Shown piece after piece: positions 1-43,529 of a stretch of 64,000 bases of DNA (within the stretch, counting starts at the first letter, position 1; the number at the start of each line of letters is the position of its first letter). The notes beneath the pieces were generated by a model, which ran no database searches, was not told the origin of the DNA, and saw nothing but the letters and a program-made list of their open reading frames with translations. The position numbers and the translations under genes are program-made. The DNA is from Paraspadella gotoi (lineage: Eukaryota > Animalia > Chaetognatha), in assembly GCA_051294375.1 (NCBI GenBank), contig CM119264.1:19227590-19291589 (forward strand), read 5' to 3'.

Positions 1-304
1 GAAGGAAGGGTACTCGGTTTGACTTCGAAACGAGTAAAAGCGTGGCAGGCAAAGCGTGTCAGGGGTGAAGACGTGACAGGGTGGTAATTGTGCGTCATCA
101 CATTTTTTTTTTCTTTCAGATGGGGCGATATTCTGCTTAAGAGGAGTAGCCGGCCTCGTTATTTAGAAAGCTGGATTAACTTTGTAATCACAAGCTTTGT
201 AAAATATTCTGAGGATTATAACCCGTCGACCAAAACGTTGCATTCACGCACCAAAGGACTATCAACAATCGACGCAACAAGCCAAGCATCAGAAAAGGGG
301 CGTC

Positions 305-568
305 TTTGGCACAGCCGGTTTGCTTGTGATTTCCCCTTGGGATGGGGTATCTCACGTTGGCTTTGGGGGCTTCCGACCCTCAGTGCGCCTCCAGTCACTG
401 GCGTGGTTACCCTAGGGACGGTATCGCTTTGCCAACGGTAGAGGAAAGTCATTAGGGGTTACTGTGGAGTGTGGATGGAAACACGTACTGGGATGGTGTG
501 TTCCCCTCTGATCCAATGGTATTTGGTGAACGATGGTGGATGCGAGGCAGTGTGATATACCTGCCACA
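305..568 (-). mobile_element. Twister-bearing solo-LTR-like short element, family A (mirror image of 13310-13570)
   Basis: The minus strand reads TGTGGC...GCCAAA. It aligns by eye with 48075-48274 and 51843-52028. Flanks cgtc/cgaa (gtcg/gacg in the mirror copy) are compatible with a degenerate 4-bp TSD. Confidence 0.7.
355..437 (-). ncRNA. Twister ribozyme-like motif, P5 permutation, family A (general-base G position reads U)
   Basis: Minus strand: CGTTGGC AAA GCGA TA CCGT CCCTAGGG T^AA CCAC GC CAGTGAC..G(T)CACTG A GGG TCGG AAGC CCC CAAA GCCAACG. P5 is 7 bp; P3, P4, T2 (GC/GC) and T1 (CGG/CCG) can all form. Predicted cleavage between 409 and 408. Confidence 0.65.
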
Positions 569-3500
569 CGAAACAAGCTTTGCACGTGACAATGCGCGCC
601 ACGCGCCTCCGCCTCCCCTCCGTTCCTCGCGGTGATTCCCTCTTGAATTACGAGAAGTTAAATTCGGCCTCTCTTCGAATCAAGTTTCGAGGATAGGGGG
701 GGGAGGGAGAGGAGAAAATGGCGAGAACGAGAGCTGAACATGATTCTCTAAACAGAAAGAACATGTGGTTACAATTAATACCTTCTTATGGCCTTCTTAA
801 CGGTTCCCAAAAAAAAAATTTTCCATCATATTACCCGTTCGAATGTTGTAAAAAGAAAAACAATGATCATTGATAGATAAAAAGAGCCACAGGTAATGAT
901 TTCAAAACGGGGGAGACTCGAGCGCTTTCGTTTCATTTATTTTTTTGCGGTGGAATAGTTATCTCGCTAAATCATGAATCGAGAATGAGAGAAAATGACG
1001 AGCCTGTCTCTTCTCTTATGGGGACTTTATGGGAAAAAACGGTTGAAAGCAGGGCGCATCGAACGTAGACCGTCATAACCGCGAAAAGGCGTTAACAACT
1101 TTATGAGCGCGGACAAAAGCAGGGACAAAGCTGGAACGCTCAATTTGGAGCGCGTTTTATTCCAGACCGACACAATACAAGAGACTGTGAGAAGTTATTC
1201 CCAATTATTACTGATCGTATGAATAATATTGGTTAATGTCATGACGGATTCTCACGTATACTTTAAAACTGTAAGTAATAAGTATATTTTGAATAGCAAA
1301 AAAATAAAAATAAGCACAAAACAAAATAAAACAAGCAAAAATTGCACTCGGAATCTCACATTCAAAGAATAAGTTGGAAGGAAAAAACATGTGCAAAGGA
1401 TTTTGATTGATATCAAATTCAACCGAAGTTCGTCGTCGTGCGGCAAAGCGCGCATTACTTTCCAGGACGAAGTCGATTGGTTGTTGGTTGAACTTGTTAA
1501 GGGTCTGGCTCGCTCGTTTCGAATTCATCAATTTTTGAGTGGTCAAAGGATTACAAAGTTTTAAATTAATTTTAGATATTGTATGCAGGGGTGAGGTGAA
1601 TTGATTATTACCGTAGAATGGTTTTTGTTTTTTCCCAAAAAATTTCAATCGTAATATTCGCACTTGGAAAATCTTAACATTATTTTTAAAAAATATTTAT
1701 AGCAACAAATGCTCGAGGGATTTTTAAGCCAAGTTGTGAATTAAGTGTTTTAAAAAATTGAAAAGGTGTTTCAATCCGCAAAACCAAATTCATCCATTAA
1801 GTAATGACAAAAAGTCCCTCCGACGCGCGGGAAAAGTAATTTCAAATTTTAATCGAGAGAGACTCCACCCCCCCCCGCCCCTCCGCCCCCATCTCACGCC
1901 CTTGGAGGATAGAATTTACAAAACTGTGGAAACACTGGAAGAGATTTTTGAGGAGGAAGGGGTTCGAAGAACGTTGCTAATCATATCCGGTGCTTACGAT
2001 CGCGACTCGATTACAACGGCGCAAAATATCATCGACGTCGGTCGTCGTTGTCAGTCCTAATCACCGCCGTCACCACCTGGAGTTGAAACCCGAAAAAAGC
2101 GATTTTATTGAATTCTTCGACTGAGAAAAGGCTACGACAGGGCAAATCTGGGAAACATTGTTGTTGGGTGCGGAGAGAGGTGGGGGGGTAGATGTCAAAT
2201 AGAGATTGGAGTGGGTGGGAGGGAGAAAGAATGAAAGATAAAAGAAAATGGAGGAGGAAAGAGAGTCGAGAAAGTTTGATGGTAGGAATTTTTTAAAAGG
2301 AAAATTGCAAAAACTATACCTTCAATACATGATATTCAATTTATAAAAAGAGGAATATTTTAAATTATCGAATGAAAGATTAAAAAAAAACTTAAAGAAG
2401 AACCATTGCAGTTTAAAATAAAATTGTTTTGGTAGATCTTTGAAAGAATTCGAAATCAAGGGAAGAGCGATTTCAAAATTGCGAAATTGGGGACGCGAAA
2501 CGTTATGTATCTTTCATAAACCCTGGGCGATCCAGTCTAAAATCCCATTTTCACTCCACAGGTAGAGAGAGGACAGGCGATATAAGAATTTGGGATGAGA
2601 AGAACTAGGAAATCCTTGATGATGATCGAGGAGGAGAAAGAAAAACGGAGAAAAATCGGAGGAAGGGTTAATGCTAAGCGGAGAGAAGGAAATTGAAGGA
2701 GGAAAAGAGAATGTGATACATTACGGTTCAAGTTAAAAAAATTGAGTAATTTTGTTTTAATATAAATTAATAAAATATAATACATGAAATGTCTATCTCT
2801 CGACCTGTCTTAAATCGATAATTCTTTACGCTTTACATGCGGAAAGAAAAAATTTTAAGAACGAATGAATCTTATGACTAAAGGAAGACAAAAAAATTAT
2901 CCTAGAAAAGGAAAAAAAGAAAAAGCAACGATCGGAGAGAATCGTGAAAACCAAGGAAAGGGGAATAAGGCGGAGAATTTCCGCGACTTGCATTGTTTCA
3001 CTCGGTTATTTAATCGCGTCGCGCACATTTTTATTGCGTTTTATTATTTTCTTATTTCTAAGAATGAAACTTGGATGAGAGGCGCGCCGCCATCGCGTCT
3101 GAAGATTAAGACGATGCGATCGCGTTGGCTGTGAGTTGTAACGGTTAGTGGAAACGGCAAGTCTATGACTGTGGAGAGTGTTATTTTCTGCACTTTGTGG
3201 TAGAGGTTCTTTAATCTGTCTCTCGTCCTCACTTCTCTCTCTCTCTCTCCTCGATCGTCATCCTATTCTCTCTCTCTCTCTCTCCTCTTCCTCTCTCTCC
3301 TCTCTCTCTCTCTCTCTCATCTCTCTCCCTCCCCCCCCCCTTTCTGTTTTACAATAATTTCTTCAAATCCAAAAGGGAAAAAAGAGAAGCAAAAATCTGT
3401 TAAAAATTGTGACAAAACCGGGTGAGCGGAGCGGGCGGGTTGGTGGGAAGTTTCGGAAGGCTTCGAGCAAAGTATCATTTGAAACCAGGGAAATCGACAG

Positions 3501-6500
3501 CCTTGAAACGAAATTAGCAAGGCGAAAAGGAGAAACAGGCAAGGGGGGTGAAAAGAAGAACGGAAATAACCGATAGAAGGGACCGGAAGAGGGGAAATTG
3601 GAAAGGAACAATGGTTTGCAAAAAAAAAAAAGGGAAGTAAGAAAAGACATTGGCGAGTGAAAAGGGAGAAAAAACACCCAGAAATGGAGAAAAATAATGC
3701 GGAAAGAAAAATAATGGAAATTCCTCGGAATGTTGGAAGATTTTGGGGCTAAAGGGCTCCGTTTGACGCTTAGCAACTGTTTTTTAAAAACAGAAAGACT
3801 GGAGGGAGACTTAGGGTTAATGCGAAGTAACTGAAACGAAATAGAAACGGATATGGAATGAAACAGAAATTCAGGATTGAGAGGGAAAAAGAGACATTTA
3901 AAAGAAGAGAAATTGTCGGAAAGAAGACAGGCAAGTAAGAACGCGGAGAAATTAGACATTAGACACTAGTTTGACCAGACAGAAAAAAGGCAATGAATAT
4001 CAAAGAATTGATTAAACTTACCAAAAGGTGACCAAACTGACCAACGGAAAAGAAACGACTGGACGCAGAAGATAAAACGGAGCGAGGAAATCGTGGAATG
4101 ATGGTCGCAAAGGTCAAACCAACACTAGAGATGGAGACTGGGTGAAGATGTAATAGAAAGTACAGTACTCCAGAACGAGGAGAAGAGTAGAGAAAGGTTG
4201 AAATCTTCGCTCACGGGCAAGAAGAGAAATCCAGCATTTAGGAGAAAAAATACGTGCATTTATCATACAGGAAAAAGAAGGAGAGGAACGGGATTGAAAG
4301 GGATACTGGTTTCCGCTAAGACAGGGCGAGAGGGGTTATATGCAGAGGACGCGTAATAAACGATAGAATTCATGCAGAATTCCTCTTTCTTTTCCTTTTT
4401 TTTTTTTTTCTCTCTCTTTCTTTCTCTACTGTTTTCTCTTTCCTTTCAGACTCTATGTTCCGATTGGCCGCGCAGGACCGATTATCTCTCATCAATTTTT
4501 CCTTCTTTTTTCTTAATCTCCTTTTTTCTTCCCCTGTTTTTCATTCTTCTTCTTTCACTTCAAACTTCATTTCTTTCAACTCCCTCTCACTTTTTTTTAC
4601 AAATCTTTAAACAACTTTTCATTTAAGTTTATTCGCGGTTTGACTCTATTTGTTTCCCTTTTCACTCTCGATTTTTATATAAAACGCCTTGAAGATTCTT
4701 GCGAGATAAGATCTTATAAGGAGCAAAATCTTTTCTCGACGGAGAAAAGAAAAAACAGAACTCGCAAGTGTTTTTTTCGTTTTTTTTTTTTTCTTTTGAC
4801 CCTGCGGTGTTTTCTTTCTACAATTCCAATTTCCAATCTTATAATTTTTCTATTTTATTATTTTTATTTGTTTTTATTATTCCTGTATCGAAATAACCTG
4901 AAAAAGCGTGATTCTTCAACTACCAAAAGTTGTGAGATTCAACCGTCCTTTCTCTTCCGAACCCAAACGAAAATAAATCCTGCATAAATCTCTGGAGATC
5001 TGTCCCATTTTTTGCTAAGGTAATTTCATTACAGTGATTCCCCGTCTTCTCCGTCTCTTTTGGTAGGAGCGCGGAGTCAAATTCCGAGCAGAATCTCGTT
5101 CGCGGATCATCTCTAACCGCGAGACTAAGATTCTCTGTTCATTTTGATTTTTGAGGAAGAAGCATCTGACTCAGGATCGCACCTCTTGAATCGGCTATGG
5201 GTCATCTGATTTGTGTTATGTAACACAATTGTCACTTTAATCTGACTAAAATAATATTTCATTTATCTCTTAATTTGGGAATAAAAACAATCTGATTAGG
5301 TCTTGCTGCATTGTCTTGGAGTTTCTTTCTGGATTCTGGAATTGATAATTTTTATTTATGGTACACTAAGCATTGGGCAAGCATCGGTTTAGTCAAGAAT
5401 TTCACTGTCCATATGATGTGGTTAATCGTGTGATGGTTTTCTGAATTTCTGACTCAGCGTTTACGGTCCATTCTGTTGACTTGTTTTAGAACTTTACATC
5501 TTTTTGGGCGCCAGCGAGTAAACGAGTTGCACTGTCTCAGGGACTAAAAAGGCAAATTTTACATTTCTATGATCAGACCACATTTTTTTCCTAATGCCTT
5601 ACACTCTGTGATGGTAACAAGTCGAGTCCTCACCATTTTTTTTTTCATTTTTCACGCCAAATTTTGTATCTATTTCCACGCTGCCTCTTTTCAATCTTCC
5701 AATCTTCAGTCTCCAACTTTTCCTGTTTTTTTTTTCTTTTTTTTACTCTTTCTCTTACTCTTTCTCCCCTCTTTTTATTTCCGTCCATTTCCGCCATTAA
5801 CATTACCTCGGATACTCGCAACTGAGTTTCGAGATTCTCGTTCCAGGCAGGTTGCTGCAGTGGCAAGGACAAAGATGACAGGTGATGTTGCATCTGCGGC
5901 TGAAGTGTCAATTCGTTCTCCACTTGACGAGGAGGTGTTGTAGTAGGAAGCCGCGTGAGTAGAGTCCGGTTGTGGCGAGATACTGACAGGTGCACCGGGC
6001 AAAAAAAAACAAAAAAAAAACAACATTAACAAAAATAGAAACTTTTTCTACGTAGCGACAATTTTTTTCATGGTTTGCAGTGATTTTAATATACAATTTA
6101 TGAATTACAAAAAAATTATTGGTTTTGCTTCTAGCTTAAAAGGTTTATTAAAGTTAATGTCTTATATAGTGATCTACAATAGTATATCGGTTTTTTTAAT
6201 ACTGACTTTAGTACTTACGAAATTCACAACTCAGTTTGTTATAAAAAATCTACAAAAGGAAAACGCATTCGACCACTTACTGTAGTGTCGGGTCGGCAGA
6301 AAAAAAAAACAACTTAAACCCCGACGAAATAATTTTTATCTCAGTTATTCCTCACACCGACTCTGGACCCGACCGGCTCTGATCGAAGCGTTTTCATAAA
6401 TTTCGAAGCTTCGCTCTCCACTCAAATTCTGAAAATAAAATCGAGCGGAACGAATTGAAAATTCTCCGTCCAACGCATAAGCTCCACGGCATTTTCCGTA

Positions 6501-6891
6501 TTCAGTGTGGCATATTCGCCGTGCCATATGCCACCCTTCGGACTCCTTCTGCTCCTTTCTTTGAATTCAAAAATATTGGACGGGTTTAGGCGTTTGGGCG
6601 GCGCCGAAAACGGCTTTGTATTTCGGCGTAAATGAACGCTAAACCAATTCCTGTCAAAAAATTTGAATTTTTAGTGATTCAAACAAGATGACGTTTTTTT
6701 ATAATTTATTCATAAAATCAAAAGTCCGATCGTTTTGGACGGATTCTGAAACGTCTTAAAACGATCGGTGAATGTCTAAACAGCAAACAAAAAGTGGGAT
6801 AAAAACCGAAAGGAAAAGTATCTTCGAAATGAACTGTACTATCGAAATCGGATACACAATTCATCCCCAATATTGGTAACGAAAAAGCATT

Positions 6892-6894
<3 letters not shown>

Positions 6895-6972
<78 letters not shown>

Positions 6973-7020
6973 ACTCCCGCGGCCCAAAAAACGCCATCTT
7001 CCGATGAGAGAGAGAGAGAG
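6895..7020. repeat. (CT)n and (GA)n microsatellites forming the palindrome apex
   Basis: Directly visible: (CT)n at 6895-6972, unique spacer at 6974-7004, (GA)n at 7006-7020. Confidence 0.95.
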
Positions 7021-8033
7021 GGAAATGCTTTTTCGTTACCAATATTGGGGATGAATTGTTATCCGATTTCGATAGTACAGTTCATTTCGAATGATACTTT
7101 TCCNNNNNNNNNNTATCCCCACTTTTTGTTGCTGTTTAGACATTCACGATCGTTTTAAGACGTTTCAAATCCGTCAAAACGACGGACTTTTGATTTTATG
7201 AATTAAATTATAAAAACGTCATCTTGTTTGAATCACTAAAAAATTCAATTTTTTGACAGAATTGTTTAGCGTTCATTACGCCGAAATACAAAGCCTGTTT
7301 TCGGCGCCGCCCAACGCCTAACCCGTCCAATATTTTTTGAATTCAAAGAAAAGGAGCAGAAGGAGTCCGAAGGGTGGCATATGGCACGGCGAATATGCCA
7401 CACTGAATACGGAAAATGCCGTGGAGCATATGGCGTTGGACGGAGAATTTTCAATTCGTTCCGCTCGATTTTATTTTCAGAATTTGAGTGGAGAGCGAAG
7501 CTTCGAAATTTATGAAAACGCTTCGATCAGAGCCGGTCGGGTCCAGAGTCGGTGTGAGGAATAACTGAGATAAAAATATTCGTCGGGTTTAAGTTGTTTT
7601 TTTTTTCTGCCGACCCGACACTACAGTAAGTGGTCGAATGCGTTTTCTTTTGTGATTTTATAACAAACTGAGTATGTGGGAATTCGTAAGTACTAAAAGT
7701 CAGTATCGTAATAAAAAAACCGATATCTATTGTAGATCACTATATAAGACATTAACTTTAAATAAACCTTTTAAGCTAAGAGCAAAACCCAATAATTTTC
7801 TGTAATTCATAAATTGTACTATTAGAAATCACGATGGCAAACCTATGACAAAAAATTCGTCGCTACGTAGATCAAAAAAGGTTCTATTTTTAGTAATGTT
7901 GTTTTTTTTTGTTTTTTCGCCCGGTGCACAGCTGCTCAGTATTCTCGCCACAGACCGGACTCTACTCACGCGGCTTCCTACTCAACACCTCCTCGTCAAG
8001 TGGAGAAGCGAACTTGGACGCTTCAGCCGCAAG

Positions 8034-39627
<31,594 letters not shown>

Positions 39628-39856
39628 GTGAGTCTACTTTTTTTTAACTCATAAACTTATTATTTTTGCGATGTTCTCTTTGGCTATCGACTCGTGACCA
39701 TTTGAAAACTGCCGCTATAAAAAATATTATGATAATTGATTTTGGTTTGAGTTCGTAATGAGCAAAAAAATATGAGGATTAAAATTTCAAATAAAGGGAA
39801 ATTTTTTTTCTGAAATAAAAGAGGAAATTCGTGGCTCTGTTGAGCAATCATAATCT

Positions 39857-40090
39857 TGTGGCGAATCCTAAATTCGCCTCCCGTATAGCTTGGTGAAACT
39901 CAGCTCGTTCATCAACCGTGATTTCCGGGTTCAATCCCATGACGCTCGCGCTGGTTAAGGTGAGATGGTGTCGCCATAAACACGCCAGTGACATGAGGTG
40001 GTCCCTGCGGGTCCAAAGCCCTGAACGTCAACTGTCGGGATATCTGCCTTCACACCTCGGGCGTTCACACATGGTCTCTGGTGTCGCATA
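39857..40090 (+). mobile_element. Twister-bearing short element, family B
   Basis: Starts TGTGGCGA and ends near GTCGCATA. Same architecture as family A (5' hairpin, twister, 3' hairpin). TSD not resolved. Confidence 0.65.
39940..40030 (+). ncRNA. Twister self-cleaving ribozyme, P5 permutation, family B; catalytic nucleotides apparently intact
   Basis: TGACG(P5)..GTGA(P2') GA TGGT(T1') GTCGCCA T^AA ACAC(P2) GC(T2) CAGTGAC..GTCCCTG(P3) C GGG(P4) TCCA(T1) AA GC(T2') CCT(P4') GAA CGTCA(P5'). Order and spacing match the recalled twister core. Predicted cleavage 39977/39978. Confidence 0.75.
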
Positions 40091-43000
40091 TGCGCATCTA
40101 AATAAGTATTATTAGAAAGCCGTTAAAAATATTATACCTGTCTATTAACTATTCTTAGAACTAATGTAGTTATATTTCTATACCTTGTAACTTTGACTGG
40201 GCCGCATATTTTGTTTTTAAGTACCTGTCGTCAAAATGTCAAAATCTCTTCACGTTTTCCGTTGGTGATTTTTTTCTAGCGGTGCGTTTCAAATAGTCAC
40301 CCAGTATACCCAATACCCATTCTTCGTCTCATTCCAGCGACGACTTTGATTTCTGCCCGAAAAGAATCACTTTTTCACAACAAAAATCAGAAATAATCGG
40401 CGACGCAGCCAACAGAGACGGGCTTGACGTCGCCTCCGACGCTAATATCGGCGCTCACGAAGAGAACGGCGCCGAGTCATTTGATACCATCGGCGGCTCC
40501 TTCACGGGAAATTCGAGCGCCAGCGGCGTCCTGTCGCCATCGCCAGCTCCTCAGACTGATTTGAAGCGGTTCTTGAGTCATCAAATGTGATGTTTTGGAT
40601 GATGCGTCCGCCATGATCCAAAACTAGTATGAGAGGCTTTAGGTCTATTTTTTTGCTTTTATTGAATGTTGGATGAGAGATGATTTCAGTTGCTCTATTT
40701 TTTAATAGTTTTTTTGTTCATGCTTTTTTTTTATAATAAATCTTTCTGTACATATTGGTAGGTTGTTAACAAATTTAAATCTATTGAATATCCAACCTTT
40801 CGTTGCTTGGGAAAACTTTTTCCTTATTTTTAATTGTTTTTACTTTCCATTTACAACATCAACCGATTAACTCGTACATGTTTTTATATTTTGAAAGCTC
40901 ATAAAGTGTTATTTACCGATTTAATTAATATTTGTTTAATTGTTCGATGACAACTTGACCCTAATTTCTGTGTTTTTAAATTTGTTCGTATTCGTACACA
41001 TAATTACCGGGTTTTTCTCTTTTTTATCATCCTGTTAGTTAGATAAATGCAAAAACATTGAAATTATTATTAGCAAGAATAGCAAAAATCAAAATCTGAG
41101 TAACTTAACCAACTGTTTTTCAATTGTACCAACTGAAAGGCTGTTTTAAAATGAATGGGTAAAAATCAAAGAAAGTTGATAAAAGTTAGTTTTTTTGAAG
41201 TTTGAAAAAAAGTTGGTGGAATTAATCCGAAGAAAGAACAAAGAAACTTACGAGGTGAAAAAGGAAGCGATGGCTGCAGAATGAAAAAGAAATCGAAAAA
41301 AGAAGCAAACGAAAGTAAATTAAAGGAGAAGATTTAATCGAATAATTTTTTATTAAAATCAATGATACCAATCAATAAAATAATATTGTTTAAACAGGTG
41401 TAAAACATCTGGATGAAAACTGTCTATGAATTGATTGGAAGTTGAAATGAGATTGATAGGAAGGAGAGGAGTGGAAAAGAAATGGAACCGAGCCAAGCGT
41501 GAAATGTGAAAGTGTGAAAGAAGGAATCCGATCCGGCGCCAATCGAGTAAAGGATCAAAATCGAAATTTGAGAAAAGAGTTGGTATAAAAAATAAAGAAT
41601 TAATAAAAAAATAAAATACCGATAAAAATTTCGACGCATATGAAAAAAATATAACTTATTATTGATTGTACCATTTTCAAATCACATTCAAATAAAAAAA
41701 AAAAATTAAAAAGTGTCGATATGAAATCCTAAATAAATAAAAAAAATACAATAAGAAACAATACTCTTCTAAACCGCTTCAAAAATAAAAATTTTCATTT
41801 TATCTTCAGCTTTTCTCTCTCTCTCTCTCTCTTGCTCTCTTCTTCCTTCAAACTTTCCTCCCTATCTCCCTCCCAGAGTTTCTGCTGATGCGACTGAAAA
41901 AATTTGGTTGCAAAAAAAGTAATAGAAGGTAATGGGAAATAGAAAAAAGTGGAGGGGAGAGAGAGAGAGTTAGAGTTGATTGTAAAATTAAGTAGGTTGG
42001 GAGGACAAAGGAAATAGCACAAGGCAGTAAAAAGAAAATAAAAGGGAGAAAGAGATGAGAGAGAGAGAGAGAGAGAGAGCGAGAATAAATATGTTAAAAA
42101 GGATATAGGTTAAGCTCAGAAGGACAGAAAGAGTTCGAAAGACCATTGCTAATTTGTTTCCTTTTATTCTGCCGTCATTGACGCTGAGGATGTCGAGGAG
42201 ACGCTCACACAAAGTAGTTTCCACCGGAAGTTTTCCGTCGTCTTTTTTCTTTCATCGTTCATTAAAATTCATGTTAAAAATCCAATTTTAATCTCTTTTA
42301 ATTTTAATCTCATTTCTATAACCAGATGAGGGAATATAAAATTCAAATTATCCGTTTACCACCTAACGCATGTGTTATTTTCTGCCACTTCTAAATTCGT
42401 AAATTATTTTTTTTTATCTATATCTGACTCTCTTTTTTTTTCCTTTTTTTAAACTTTTTTTTCTTTTCCTCTCCTCTCCTCTCCTCTCCTCTCCTCTCCT
42501 CTTCTCTCCTCCACTTTTATTACTCTTCATCTTCTTTCATCTTCTCCCTTCCAATATCCTTTTCCTCTCATCCAATTTTCCTCCTTTGCTCTCTTCTCCA
42601 ACCAACGTGACCATCTGAGCAGAATAACTTGTCACAGTTCTTTGCGCCTTCTGCTCGACCAATCGAGAGACAGAAACGGTGAACGTTGCTACGAAACCAA
42701 GTAAAATTTTTTATCACCTCTAAGTGACGGCTCGACACGAAGGATACAACGAAATAAAATAATACTTTTTTAACAATCCTTTATCTATATATATTGTACG
42801 TTGTACGACAGTGTTGTTCCAACAATACATACATACCATAAAATAAACATTTATAACTATATATATTGCAAGATATATTTTCCGCAATGTTCGCACAAAG
42901 ACACCCAACTCTCAAAACGAAAGGGAAAAAAGGAAGAGAGAGAAAAAAGAAAACCGGAATCATAAATTTGTTTCCGACGAACGCGAGACGAATCGATGAA

Positions 43001-43529
43001 CAAAAGAGACGCGACATCGATAGTTGTTGTCATCGTCGTTGTTGTCGTCGTCGTCGACTCCCTGCACGTCGACGTCGAAGTTGAAAAACGGAAGTAATCA
43101 TCGATAATTTTGTTTTGATTTTTATTTATGTCGCGTTGTTTGTCTAACAAGGGAAAGAGAGGTAGAAATAGTGAAATGGAAATTCATAGACATACTCTCC
43201 TCAAAAGTCGAGCCGCTGCGATCGATCATGGGCTACGCATTTGACGTCCTTGTTTTGTCAAAAATGTTGTTCCCGTTGCAAAAATTTAAAACATAAACTA
43301 AAAATATATATTCTTCTGATATGATTAGTCATTTGCTCTTGATGCCATTGGCTTGTTAAATTCAGGTCTCCAGGTCTTTACGGTATAGAAATCAATCGGT
43401 AAACTTTTACTACATATAGAAACGTAGGTTTAATTATTTATACTATTAACGAAAATACTCAAGGTTCGTCTCCTTTTCTCTCATGATCCGTCTACTTCTT
43501 ATTCTTCCTTTTCTTGCTTTTTCCTTAAA

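Noticed and set aside
6974-7004. YY1-like CGCCATCTT and E2F-like TCCCGC in the palindrome spacer
   Set aside because: Short motifs in sequence of doubtful authenticity, with no independent support.
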